DNA from: Nageia nagi
Taxonomy: Eukaryota > Plantae > Pinophyta
Reading direction: 5' to 3'
DNA: 64,000 bases
Assembly: GCA_050084985.1 (NCBI GenBank)
Contig: JBITNC010000001.1
Span: 183,892,001-183,956,000, forward strand
Each line of letters begins with the position of its first letter. Position 1 is the first letter of the stretch. The position numbers and the translations under genes were made by a program. A model generated the notes under the pieces. The model ran no database searches and was not told the DNA's origin. It saw nothing but the letters and a program-made list of their open reading frames with translations. This document shows positions 1-13,800 of the stretch, in pieces.

Positions 1-3000
1 TTACAATATTGGAAGGGTTTTCTATCCACCTCTATATTATACACGCTTCCTTCATGCTCAAATTTCAAACATGTATGTAGTGTGGAAGTAACAACTCTCA
101 TGGCATGGATCTAAGGCCTTTCAAGTAATAAATTGTATGGCAACTTTCCATCTATTACTTGAATTTGAGTAACAATAGTTTTAGGCCCAAGTTATAACAA
201 TAGATTTACTACTCCCTTCGCAAATTTTGAAATGTTATCAAAATCTTTTATTTACATGGTTGTTTCTTCAAGTGGAGTATCTTAATTCCTTTTGATTCTA
301 GATCTTTCAAAAAAATTAGAGAAAAAATATTTACAGTAGATCCAATATCAACTAATGTTCTTTTGATTCAACCTAATTTTTGTAATCTTGATATAAAGGA
401 TCAAACTTTCATATATTACTTTTTGGCTTGGCAATTCATTATTTTCATATCTAAGCACATAGTTTTGCAACCTCATAAAACATAGAAGCAATGTGTTCAT
501 TTTTAAATGTCTCAAACAAGATATTTATATGTGGTTTTGAGATTTGAATTAACTTGTAGAGACTTACCTTAGCTTGTGTGTTTTTAAATTGCTCAAGCAT
601 ATTGTAGACTCTTGGATCTGGTGGGAGATCTACATATTGTAAGCTCATTAGTTACCAAGAACTAATTGTTTTCTTATATTCATAATAGATCATGAACCTA
701 ACAATGACTATCAACCTATCTTTTTTACACTTAATGTAGATTTTTTACATACAAATAAATCTAAGTGCAATAAGATCAAAGCTACAAAGATTTTCTTCAA
801 TCATAATGAATGTGATGCCTTCCAAAAAGGATCTATAAGAGGCTTTTAACTCATCCTCTAAAAAACTACCTTAAATAACTAATTTGTATAATAATTTCAC
901 TTCAAAATTATTTACTTGCATTAACAAACAATCTTGTCAAAAATTTATCACATATAATAATAGAAAAATAAACAAACGGTATGATATGGAATGCAAAATT
1001 ACTAGAAAAAATATTAAAATTACTCTAAATGATATAAATAAACAACATAAAAATAAAGAAGATAAAATCTTAGTTAAATATAAAAAATGATTATTTCTAA
1101 ATCAATAACAAGAAAAACTTCTAAATGTGTAAACATAATCAAAATAGTTTTGGAAAATAATTTTACCTAGAAAAATGATAATTGAACCTCAAATTGACTT
1201 AAATAGTTGTAATAATTATCTCAAAAAATTGTATATCTCCCCTCTAAATTTAGAATAATCTTTTCAAGAGTTAGCACCTCTTTTCAAAAAAAATGATGTT
1301 TTCTCTTTAAACGATATTAACGATGGAATTAAAAAATTATCAAATGGTAAGGCCAAAGACATAGAAGGATCTCAAGTAGAATTTTTGAAGATTGGTAGTT
1401 ATATCCTCACTCCCATATACAAACCTTTCTCAACACTTCTCTTAAAGAAGGATTCCCTAAGCAATAAATAGTTATCTCAATCGTTCCTATTACAAAACTG
1501 GAGAGAAAAGTAACTTGTTAATTTATAGAACTATTATGATAAGCCCTCTACTTGCCAAACTGTATGGTAGTATTATAGAAAATTAAATTAGTATTTGGCT
1601 TGACGACAATAATTTAAGAGCTAAAAGGAAAGCTATTTTTAAAAGCAAGCATTCAATAATTGATCACAACATCACATTTCAATTATTCTTGAAAGTTGTT
1701 GAAATGATAGAAAAGATTTATTTGCTTACTTTGCAGATTTTAAAAAAGCTTTTGATATTGTCTCTAGGGATAAATTTTTAAAGTGTATGGCTAATTTAGA
1801 TTTACCTCTTGAATTAAGATTAGTTGTTTGTAAACTATATGAATAAATTATTGCCAAACTTAAAACTAATCAAGGTTGGTATGAGGAAATTATTTGCAAC
1901 ATTGGAGTTAAACAAGGTTGCCCACTCTCCCCAACTCTTTTTGGTATTTATATAGATCAACAAGAAAAACAAATTGAAGAAGTTAGATGTATAAGCACCA
2001 ACTTTAGTAACCTTGGTATTATTCTTCTCCTTTTGCTAGATAGTAATCTTGTTAGCTAGACATTATAATAATCTTGTTAAAAAATTAAATATCCTTCAAA
2101 CATTTAGCAATGTATCCAAATTAACAATTAATGTAGATAAAACCAAAACTATGATCATTGAATCTAAAAGGTAGCTCATCCAACAATACCATTTAATAAT
2201 CAAACCTTAGAGATAGTTCACTCTTATAAATATTTAGGTATTAAAAGAAATCATAAACTAAATTGGAACTTAAGTGTTGAAAAAAGAATCTCAATTAGGT
2301 GGAAAGGCTTCAATGGTGTTGAAAATAAGTGAAGATGTAGGACTTTGGAATTGGGATAAAAAGAAAACTCTTTTCTCCTGCCTTACAACTCCAATATTAC
2401 TTTATGGGTATGAGATCCGGGGTGGAAGTATTTCAAAACAAAGTTGGAATAAAATTGAGCAAATTCAAAAATAATTTATCTTTTATAACTTCAGAATTAA
2501 GACTAACATACCTTATCCTATACTTATCATGGAAGCTAGGTTACTCCCTATAGAAAGTGAAGCCTTAAAATGATATACATTTTACTGGTATAAACTTTCA
2601 AAACTAAATCACCTTAAATTACCTAAAGTCGTCCAACAAACTTTCCCAACTCATCAATGTCTTAAAAGATGTTGACTAGGCTTACATAGCAACATAACCC
2701 CTTCTGATAATAACAAATTAGAAGTGAAAATTGCAAATAAAGTAATTCAACTTTTTTGGAATGATGATAACATCAAGGATAAAAGAAAACTCTTACTATA
2801 AAAATATCACTAATTCAAAACTTGAACATCCTTCATATCTGTATAAGATTATTAATTTCAAAAAGAAACTTCTGATTGCAAAATGAAGAACTAACTCACA
2901 TGAACTTCATAGTGAAACCAATAGATGGAAAATAGGAAAAACACCTTGAGATAGAATATGTAAATTTTGCAACCTAAATGCCATAGAAGATGAGACTCAT

Positions 3001-4700
3001 TTTTTTTCTTTTGCACTCTATGAAGACATAAAGAAACCTACAAAGGTATTTGTGATTACAACTTAATTCATGATTTATTAAACCAAGACAATCAAAAAAT
3101 ACTTGGTGATTTAAAATGATAGTAAAAGACTTACAAAGTTTGATAGGTCCTACAAACCTTCAGGTTTAAAACGACAGTAAAAGACATACCATATCATACC
3201 ATACCTTTTATTGTGTAATAGGTTTGTGACTACCTTTGGATGCCCTCTTTTGATGTTTGTAGACTTCCTCATAAAAGGATGGTTGCTTCTAAATGTTTGC
3301 ATCAATTTGTAGAGCAGCCCCTTCTTTGACAATTACCTCAATAGTAGTCTTGATTTTCCCCTTCTATAATACTATCATCTTCCACTCTTTTGTCTAAAGG
3401 TTTCAACAATTTCTTTTTTATGAGCTCTATGAGAATGAACCTATGTTGTACTGGAAAAGTGAACTTTTCCTTCCTCTGTGTGATAGATCTAGTAAGTGTG
3501 GGGGTTGAAGTTTCAACTACATTGACTAATTTTTTTTTCTTTTTTTGACATATGGTTTCTTTCCTTTATATTTGAACTAGAGCTAGATCCATATTTTAAT
3601 ACTCTCATTTGAATCAAGACTTTTTCTTTTCTAGCAATTTCTTAGTCATTGTGCCAAACCCTTGTTCTACCTAATCTATAGCATGTACTTTTAATAATGG
3701 CAAAATAGTATCCGCAAAAATATTATTAACCTCATCTTCATCTAGCTTACATTTTGGTTGATTGATATACCTTTTTGAAATGTGGAGTGAATTTATCCAA
3801 TTGCTCATTAAATCCTTAATGCAATGCACACAAATCTACCACTTTCACCATGCTCTTTGTATTATGCTTTTATTAATCCATAAAAACTTTGACAACATCA
3901 TTGAATGATGAGATGGATATGTTGGGAAGTTTTTAGAACCATTCGTTTGCATCTTCTTTGAGGTTTCGAGAAAAGAAATTAACCATAAGCTTCTCTTCAC
4001 TTCCTAACTTTAGCAAGCATTCTTCTCTAAAATTGATAAAATGTTGTCTTAGATCTCTATTTCCATTGAAGACATCAAACCCTTCTCCTTTTTGCCTCTC
4101 ATCACTTTTTGATTTCAGATCTTCCCATCCTTGGTGAGAGATGCAATATTTTGATTATTGTTTTCTTGACTTACTTGACTGTTTTGAGTATTTTGGTTGT
4201 TATGCCTCCGAGGACACAACAAATTCATCAAATCAAGGTTTTCCACCAATTGTTGCATTGTGCTTCAACATCCATATTTTCAACCATTTCGAAATCGCAC
4301 GAGAAATCAAAATCATCTACATTTTTGCTTTCCTCTCAAATATGAGCCAAATTCTACCTATAAACCCTATGGTTTATGATAAAAGTCAAGTTCACCAAAA
4401 ATACAAATAATTTAAAATGAATTAACTTAATAATTCATCTTATTATCGACAAACTCAAATATAACACTAGATGGGATGATATTATTCACAAATCCATAAA
4501 TTAGGCTACATCTCGAACGAATAAACCTCTAATCTGACACTTCAAGCTCCACAACGAATTGATCTTCAAATCTAACCACCTAAGTATGTCAAATAAATAG
4601 CATGCACAATTATGGAAAGCAATATCTTTAACGTTTCTAATCTTAAAGAATATGACAATGAAATGAGAATGATTAAATCATATGCAAGAAAATAAACAAA
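1..4700 (-). mobile_element. Degenerate Ty3/gypsy-like gag/protease region, interrupted by a LINE
   Basis: Minus-strand gag-like peptide near 3880-4080 (FDVFNGNRDLRQHFINFREECL..LMVNFFSRNLKEDANEWF) and gag-pol linker-like ORF 451..648; many stops; boundaries approximate. Confidence 0.55.
830..3205 (+). mobile_element. Degenerate LINE ORF2 (RTE/RTEX-like) with (CATAC)n tail
   Basis: RT motifs DFKKAFD (~1737), GVKQGCPLSPTLFGIYID (~1905), YKYLG (~2225), C-terminal ICKFC..EDETH (~2957); CATAC repeats at 3185-3205; 5' end approximate. Confidence 0.8.
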
Positions 4701-5599
4701 TCATTGGATAGGTGTCATTGAGAGGATATTATTTATGTAATGATATGGTAATGCAATCTCAATGTTGACCTATCCAAATTGAATGTAAATTTGATCGTCC
4801 ATGAATCTAATAGGAAACGTCATACCTTGCTCCTCCTTTTATTTAGTGCTTGACACATTTTTCTTGATATTTGAATTATTTTATTCTAGATACCATAAAT
4901 ATGATATTATGATAAATAGAAAATCACTTTTAGGTGTCTACAAAACGAAACATGATTCAAATTATTTTTGGATAACTTTGAATTTCAAAAAAAATATAAT
5001 AACTTGGTTACATACTTTTAGAATGTAATACGCACAAATGATTATGTACATATATGTACAAGGATTGATAAAAGTAAAATTCAAAGATGCACAAAGAAGC
5101 CAAAATGTGGTTAATTTTAAGATCATGTTATCTTTTATAATAGAAAATTCAAAGCTTTATTTTATTCTTACACTCAAAAGAGGTGCACTAATAATTGAAT
5201 ATGTTTTATGAACTCATGTATCTTTTAATAATAGGTAACTTGAAAGATAGATGCATCTCAAACTATTCTCTATTTGAATCAAGAACGTTCACAAAATCTT
5301 CGGCAAGAGTCATCAATCAAGTCCAATATACTCTGAGTTGCCTCTCATTTTACCAAAAATTTCAAGACTAAGTTGAAAAGCTCAAATTAGGGATTTCCAA
5401 ATAGGAAGAATTTTCTTTACATTTGACAGGTAAGAATTGATTCTTTTAATTGAATAAATAACTTTTTTTTTTGTATTGGAAATAAAATGAGTTTTGAAAG
5501 GCTCTTTGAACCTTTTTACAAGGAAAATAGGAAATACTATTACAAAAAATATATCAAAACACAATAGGTGCTACTATGCATGAATTAGACTTTAAAGGG

Positions 5600-6950
5600 A
5601 CCTTATCCCCCAAAACCAAAAAGGAAAATAAACATAGAATGAAAGATTCAAAAGCACTATTGCCGCCCAAAAGAAAGAGTCTTGTGCCCACAAAATAGCA
5701 ATTAAAAAAAGGCTTATAAATTCAAGCAAATTTCTCACCCTCGTGTAGTCGAAGAGCCTGTTGTATGGGCCTTAACCCCAAGAATCTTCATCCCATTGTA
5801 AGTCTCCTAGAGTCATCTAGAATTGGGAGGAGAGGCCTCCCTTAAATATTTGTCTTCCTCCGACCATAGGTCTCTTGAGCATAAAGCTACACTTGAAACA
5901 AGGGGTTGGATATTCAAACTTTGTATCCCCTCTTGGTTGTGGATTCCTCCACCTAGAAATCATCTAGAAATTTTAAACAAAGGCTTGAATATTTAATTAG
6001 ATTCTTCTTCCAACCTTACACAATCAAAGGGAAAGTCGAAAGAGATGAAGTTTTAAACAACAAAACTCGTTGCTTCATGGTTCCTTAGCCGCAAGAAAGA
6101 ACATAACTTTGAAGCCCAACATCTTGCAAGCATGCCCCTCCAACACCCTATGTTGAGTTTTATATGTGTTCTCTTTCACGCTAAAAAAACCTAAACTCCA
6201 AAATGGCCATCAATCACCCTACAAATTCAATCTATCATTGTTAACCACTTGCACAAACAAGTGTGTTCGGGCCAAAATCTCACAACATCATGTCACCATC
6301 GATGTTGCTCTCCACAAGTACCATCAAGTAGAGAATGGTGCTCATCGGACCTTTTGAACAACATGGACAAGCAGCCTTGCCAGCCCAATCGATGTCGCTC
6401 TCCACAAGTACCATCAAGGAGAGAATGGTGCTCATCAGACCTTTTGAACAACATGGGAAAGCAGCCTTGCCCGCACCCCCCCACCCCCCCAAAAAAAAAA
6501 AGATTTGAAATGATTCTAGAGCTCCTCCATTACACGAGACCTCTGAACTCCACTCCTCCTTTGCTTCCTTTTTGAGGGATTCCATCGCCTCCTTCCCTTC
6601 TCTGCAACCGATGGGAGGGATCAAAAGACATGCAGCTGAAGCCAACAATCCAAGATCTGCCCTCCATAGGCGTATCTGCCTCATGCTCTGAGTGAATCGT
6701 TAGGGAAACCATGACTGTCTATGCTTGAAGAAGGGTCCCTGTAGCCTTCCAGACAATTGCAAACCAAGGAAAACTTGCAACCAACCCCTCCGCAAGCGAC
6801 CATTGAACAAATGACTATTGCATCCAAGAGAAATTCCTAATTACTTGGCTGGCATTGAGCAAAGGGGAACAGAGGGAACTATGCACCTGCAGATACCAGC
6901 TGAAAAACACCTACCACCAATGCTGAAGAGACCGTAAAGTGTGAAGAGAT
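5600..6950 (-). mobile_element. Possible L1 ORF1/5' remnant
   Basis: GC-richer decayed coding-like sequence with a CYF zinc-knuckle-like remnant near 5690; weak. Confidence 0.3.
6298..6471. repeat. Two-copy ~90-bp tandem repeat
   Basis: ATCGATGT(T/C)GCTCTCCACAAGTACCATCAAG..GAGAATGGTGCTCATC..ACCTTTTGAACAACATGG..AAGCAGCCTTGCC twice. Confidence 0.9.
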
Positions 6951-7669
6951 TTCCACAAAATCAACGAAAGACCCTTCAGTTCAAAATGACTGAAAAAATG
7001 AAGATCTAGCCTGCCTATTCAGAGATTCAAGCAAGCATGTTTTATCTTTTGACACATGAAAAAGTTGAAAATCATCATACTTAAGTATCCAGAATCTCTA
7101 TTCACGAAATGAGATTTAATAATACAACTATGGAATAAGTCTCAATCACATCATAATCCTTAGCTGGGTTTGATCTATTATTTTGATAAACATTTTTGTA
7201 TACATGAAGAGAGGATTAGATTGCCAACAAGCTGAGAAACTAGGAAAGTCTTGAAGGAGAACCAGAAAGCACAAAAAATCAAGTATCTGGATAACGAATT
7301 TGAAGATTTACAAAGCTCTCTAGTAAAAGAACATGGAAAAAGCAAGGCAATCCCAATTAACTTACAACACTGCATGGCCATCCTCTTTGATGAGCTACCC
7401 ATTGATACAGATATCTAATGGAAGAAAACATCCACAATGCAACCAAGACATATCGGTTTATTGAAAATTATTTCACGATAAATAATGAATATGGTGCAAC
7501 ATAAATTCTAGCAGTAGTCCTAACATTAACAAAACCGGATAGAACTCCATTTCTAGGTTGATAATCACAGGTGTAAATATCCAGGTTAATGTTTTACCAA
7601 TAGTGTCTTCAAGATGAATTCTTTAGATCATGTCGTCTCATGCACTAATTTGCTTGCAAAAAATTTAGG

Positions 7670-7865
7670 TTATGTGCTTGGCTTTATGCAAAGTATTTCA
7701 TTTGAAGATCTGTGTTCTAGTGGATACATGGTCACACCTTTCACATAATTTTGATGCTTAACAGCCTTCTTTCTAAGACCTGCAGACTCTTTCAACACAC
7801 CCTTTGGACGATGTTTCCAAATAGTGCAAGATGCCAGAGGGTTTCCTGTTCCTCCAGCAGCTTTC
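7670..7865 (-). CDS. SIA2: SIA2-like exon 12 ([13 protein letters not shown]...[19 protein letters not shown])
   Basis: TACAG| acceptor, TAA stop at 7670-7672; ORF 7670..7945. Confidence 0.93.
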
Positions 7866-10800
7866 CTGTATTGCAATAAAAGCCACCAGTTACAGGAGGA
7901 ATCAAATAGAATAGAGAGACTCAAGATCAAGTGCTCCTCACTCAACTGTCAAACTTAAAACCTAAACGAGAGGAAAAGCTCTCTTACCCAAGAATCCTTT
8001 CGGAAGTTATTCTTGCAGCATAAAGTATAGCCTTGTCCGGCATATGCTTCACTACACGGTCAGGTTCACGCCTCATTGGAGAATGAATCCTAATAAGCTG
8101 CAATTTACAATCGAGAAATCAATTCTAAAGCACAATTTTATATCAAACTCTTGACCAAAGGACATGCTCTTCAACTCGTAAATGTGTAATCCTAGTTGAT
8201 TTTATATGACCCACCCCCAAGCACTCCATCATCTGATAATAGGCCCTGCCTTGGAGAGGTGTGTGGCCTCCTCTTGATTCGGAAAAATATCTCGTCCTGG
8301 AAACACAAATTTGAGATGGGAAATATCCTCTTAAAAATGACTCCCCTAAAAACATACCAATTACTCTCTAAGTCACTTATGCAAAGTCACAAAGCTGAAA
8401 AATAGTACTACGTAAAAAAATTTCGTCTTTATTAGACTTTACCATTCTGTATAACCAGGGTCCACTGTAAATCCATAAATGTCAACTGAATCACATACAG
8501 AGAGTGCAAATTCAAGTGCCTTAATTCCTGTGCCTTTGGCCGAAGAGCCAAAAGATGTGCCTAACATAAGATACACTGGATTTCGAATTGGAACTTCCTG
8601 CATGCCCAAAACAAAACGGCATTAATATTCAGTAAAGCCAACTTAAGCCACATTCTTAACACATAAACATTGTTTACCTTAGTACAATTCTGAAAGAATA
8701 CATATCATATGAGAGGCAGATTACCTACCCTGATCATTTTACTCATAATATCATGAATGGTAGTTTTGATAATAAGAACCTCCTTTCCCTTATCTACAAC
8801 AAACATGCCAAGTTATATGAATGGACTTATCTTTAATTTGTATATCATGTTTAGACAAGCTCAAGATTGTCAAGAAAACCAAACTATAAGCATTACCATC
8901 CAGAGCTGCAACTTTATCAAGAGCCTTTGCCGATCCCCTGTTGAGGAGTCGGAATGTAACTTTCTGACCCACATATTGTGCATAATTCTGGATTTGCACA
9001 ATATGCATAGATTCAAGATAAAGAAATTAATTGTTTGGATAAGTAAAATATAAAAAGACTGAATGGAGGAAGCTCAAGGATTTTATACCTTTTACCTTTT
9101 CATTAGTCTAATATTTTAAAGAGAAACTAAAATCAGGGCATTGAGATAATCTTTGACGCGCACTGACCTTCATTGGAGCTCCATTCCCTCGTATAACAGC
9201 ATCATAACTGTCAATCTCTTCTCCAAACTTTGTTTTCAAAAGATCACCTGAATTACCAACTACAGCACAACGTCCAAACTGACGTGGTACAAAAGGTGGT
9301 CTATCAGGAAGTACTAACGAAAGCTTCTCCATACAGAGTGTCATGTTTTGACATTTATTACTGCAATATGGTTAAGATATAAAACAGTTACAAGCAACTA
9401 ACATTATAGCTTCAAAATGGCTATCAAAATCCATATTCAATGAAAAAAATACTAAATTGAAATTTCTGACAACAAACACATTTTCTTTTGACATCTTAAA
9501 TTCATTCAAATTTCAATTCTCTATTTGATCTTGTTCCATAAATATTTAGCAAATTCTTTGCACATAGATTTCAAGAGTTCAACAAGAACACTCTTGTCAC
9601 TACCCAAGCATAGTTACCATTATCAGTTTATTGAAGAGAGCTGCTCACTGTCTCAGGCCTCAAAATGGATGCAGATGATTCTATCCAAGTGAACAATAAT
9701 CCTTCCCACAGACCTACTAAATATTTTTCAAAAGAAAAAAATGACATTATAAATGCATTCAAATTTCTATTTCTTCTATATCACCTCTTTGTATCACATC
9801 TCTTATGAAATGAAACCGAAAATCAATGTACTTGGACCTCCCATACAGGACAAAATTCCATGCAATTTGGATTCCGCATTGGTTGTCAAAAAACAATTTA
9901 GTGGCCATCAACTGCTCCTCTCCCAAGTCACATAATATTTCCCTCAACCACAAGGCTTCAGACATTGGTGTTATAGCTACCACATACTATGACTTTGTTG
10001 AAGAAAGCGCTAAAATGGATTCTTTCCTTGAGCTTCAACTGAACAGAACAAAGCCAAGTGAGAAACAATTATCAAAAGTTAATTACTGATCATCCAAACT
10101 ACGTCCCCAGTCATAATCCGTCCATTCAAGAAAATCCAAAATTGGAGGCATAAGAGCACTTAACATCACACTCCAAAATACCTCTCACATACCTCAATAT
10201 CTGCTTCATGCCCGCAATTGAAGCTCAAAAGGATCAACCATAAACTTGCTCACCAAATGTGCGACATTCAATCTTGTAGCAGTCAAGAAGATAAGGCTCC
10301 CAACCATGCTATGAAAGTTAGTTGCATTTACCCTTTCAGCCTCATCATCCTTGGAAGTGTATGGGAAGCCTTACAAGTTTCCATGTAGAATTTATTGAGC
10401 ATATCCTTGGCAAGCTTTTGCTAAACAATAAAAATCCCACTCTCATCCTGGCACACTTCCATTCTCAAGAAATTTAACCATCAAATCCAACTTCCTTCAT
10501 CTCCAACTCTTTCCTTGTTGACACTTTGAATTAATTTTTCATTGTAGGAGACCTCCAAATGTGGATCAAATCATCTATTTACAACACAAGCAAGATTTCA
10601 TGGCCTGCCCTTTTGATGTGGAGTATCCTTGCTTCAAGAAACAACTATTTATCCTCTCATACCATGCTCTAGGTACTCACTTAAGACCGCACAAGGCCAC
10701 CTTCAACAGGTAAACAAATCCCTCTTTCCCTTTCAGTTCAAATGGACCTCTTCTTTGATGTACCCATTCAAGAAGGCTGGAGTCTAGTTTCACATCCATC

Positions 10801-13800
10801 TGATGAATCTTCCATTTTCTCTAGGCTGCTATAGCCAGAACCTTGTGGATAATCTCCATCCCAGCCATAGGTAGAAAGGTCTCGTCAGAATCAATGAACT
10901 CTCTTCATGCGAAAACTCTTGCCACTAGCCTAGCCTTGTGTTTTTCAAAACTTTCATCATGCTTCTGCTTAGTTTTAAACACCCATTTTCTTACCACAAG
11001 CTTTTTATAATATGCGATTCACAAAGTTGCCAAGTATCATTTCTTTCTATGTAGTTGATCTCCTCTTTTATGGACTTCCTCCAAATCTTATTTTAATTTG
11101 CCTCCTAAAATGAAGAAGGCTCCATGTCTTCCATGCCCATCAATGCAACATGGATGGTATGACGTTTTACCATCTCAACATCACCATCTCCATTAATGTT
11201 TAATTTCTCAATTCTATTCATGACTTCACCACCAACTCTTTTCCTCGACTTCTAGTTAGCCTCCTATTGAAATTGGAATCAATAATTTGGTAAGGTGGAC
11301 GATCTTTAATAATGTTCTTACCTCTAGCAATGCTTTTAGACCTATTGATTAAAGCAACATCACTAGTGTCAGTATCATGATCATTTTCACTTTAAGAAAA
11401 GGTGCTACTTGTGCCACTTGAGCATGGTGGTAATAGTGGTTGATTTGGAGGTGGTGTAGAAGGCTGGTCCAAAGCTCCATTTGTCTCTCTAAAACTCACA
11501 AGATTCCTACAACCTTCTTATATATACATTCTCCCTTCATCAAAGATCACATCTCTGGATTCAATGATCTTTTTGGCCTATGGATTGTAAAACTGATATG
11601 CTATGCTTGCTTTTGAATACGCAACAAACACACACACAATACTCTTTTGGCTCAAGCTTTATCCTGAACTTGTTCTCAGCAGTAAGCTCCCTTTGTATAT
11701 GTTACATCAATGTATACTTGTTGAAACTCTTTCTCATGGGTGTAGAAAAGAGATGCTGAGACTTTTCTTTTGTGAACATACATGTACGATTTTCTCAATT
11801 CACCAATTTTTGGCAATCCATGGGCAATTCTTAAAATTCATTGTTTCTTTTGTTTCCTTATAATATTATTAAAGATTTCAAAAAAAAATCCAATTTTACA
11901 TTTCTGCTACTTGTATAAAATAATATTCCTGTCAAATATCCAATTAAAGAGCAATTGAGGAGAATCAAAGACATATTTAGTTTGCTTAAATGTACTTACA
12001 GAAGAATCCCTTTGTTGATCCTCCGCCATGCATATTCCTCCCACCCATGTGGCAATGAATCAATGTACTCCCTTGTGAGAATTGTGCTGCTATTTCGCAC
12101 CTGGACATTTAAACCATAATGAATATCAGTAAGAAATTTTAAAATAGAACTTGTTGCAATGTCACTTCCACAGGGCTTTGGAAATAATGACCCCTTTCAT
12201 AAAATCCTAGTCACAGATCTAAAAGACATTTAAAATTGAAGGCCAGAGCAGCTCACCTGTTCCCATATAGCTAAAGCTTCGCAAAGGTTGAAGTCGAATG
12301 ATAAGAGCTCCAGCTTGCCAGTCTTGGGATCTTTCTGGTAACATTTTGAGATATACAGAATTGTAAATGACCAGGAGCAAAGAGAAGGTGACCATATGGC
12401 TCTGTCCATTAAAGAAAGTGAACACAAATGACCTTTGTCAATTTTAACTACAAGAACAATTTAAGTCTCTACAACAGAATGCCCTTGAAGAGACATCAAA
12501 GACATACCCATTTGGGTACGGTATCACTAGGAAACATTAAAGTCACCCAGCAGTAGTCCTTTTTCAGAGCTTTCAATCCCAATCCATTAGCGCTCTGCAA
12601 CATATCAATGGAATCATGCATATCAAATCAACAGAGTAATCAAGGAAAGCATTATCCAATAAACAAAAAGGGATGAGAAGCATCGCTTTAAAACTCCACA
12701 GAAACTCATCATCAAAACTTTCCACATTTCCTTGGTCATTTCCAAGCATTTTTTGGGCCATCTCCAGAGTTTTAAATAAACAAACTGAACAAAAACTAGT
12801 TCATATTAAAACAAGATTCTAATATGAGGGGGAAATGTGTAGAAGAAATATAACAAATCAAGGAGAAAGAAGCCCAAGAATCTTATTCCTGCACATTCTG
12901 CTCTTCATCGTTTTATCCTATACCAAAGAAGAGTACATAAAAGGGCAAACAAAAGATTCAGAAGTGAAACTTAAAGATATCTACTTGGTTATTTCCTTGG
13001 CTATGAAGGATCATAAACATCCTTCTCATACATCTTTTATTGTAGATATCATGAACAGCTTCTCTAATTCAATTACTAATTATAATGATGTCAACAATTG
13101 AGAACTTACAATATTGACATGGCATGTTCTAGTTTAATAACATTTCATGTTTCAATGTATTTTTGATATTCTCTGTGTTAGATTGGTGATGCTGATGAAG
13201 GAGGGGGGAAGACAAATTTCGAGTCTTCTCTTACCCCTGTTATATGTTTGCATAGTCTCAACCTGATTCTTCATTTCTAAACTGCACGCTTTTCTATTCC
13301 TAATCAGATGACAAAATGCTTAGGTAAGAAAAGGGAATCAATTCTGAGCGGTCTAATAAAACATAAGTTCCTAAAACCAACAGTAACATCTACAGTTGTT
13401 TGGTAGCCTATTTGTCATATATTTTCTTTGTTCTGATGGTTAGGTGGAAAATGTAAGGGGAGAACCAAGGGTCATTCCTAGCTTCCGTAATAGGATAGTA
13501 TCATGGTGGTTCAGCATTAACTAATTTTCTGTGTGGTGCTTGTTTTCCTTTTGTTTTGAGTAACAATTAATAGAAAATAGCCGTTTGTGCAAGTGTTAAG
13601 AACTCTGATGAGTATGCATTGAATTCTTTTCAGTGTGTTGTTTTGTGAAGGTATATGTGAGAGGTATTGTTTTTGAAAGAAAAATATCTACACATGGTAT
13701 CAGAACCTTGTTGGGCTTGGGATGGGAAGACTTTATTTTATTGATCTTTATAACCATTGGTCAAATTCTGCTACAAGTTTGTTGATGGAATTCATTTGTC

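Noticed and set aside
6249-6712. Overlapping 60-134-aa ORFs with internal repeats
   Set aside because: They arise from a 90-bp tandem duplication in GC-richer decayed sequence; no recognisable domain or splice structure
7200-7420. Coding-like plus-strand stretch (ETRKVLKENQKAQKIKYLDNEFEDLQ..) downstream of the gene
   Set aside because: No start codon, splice context or recognisable homology
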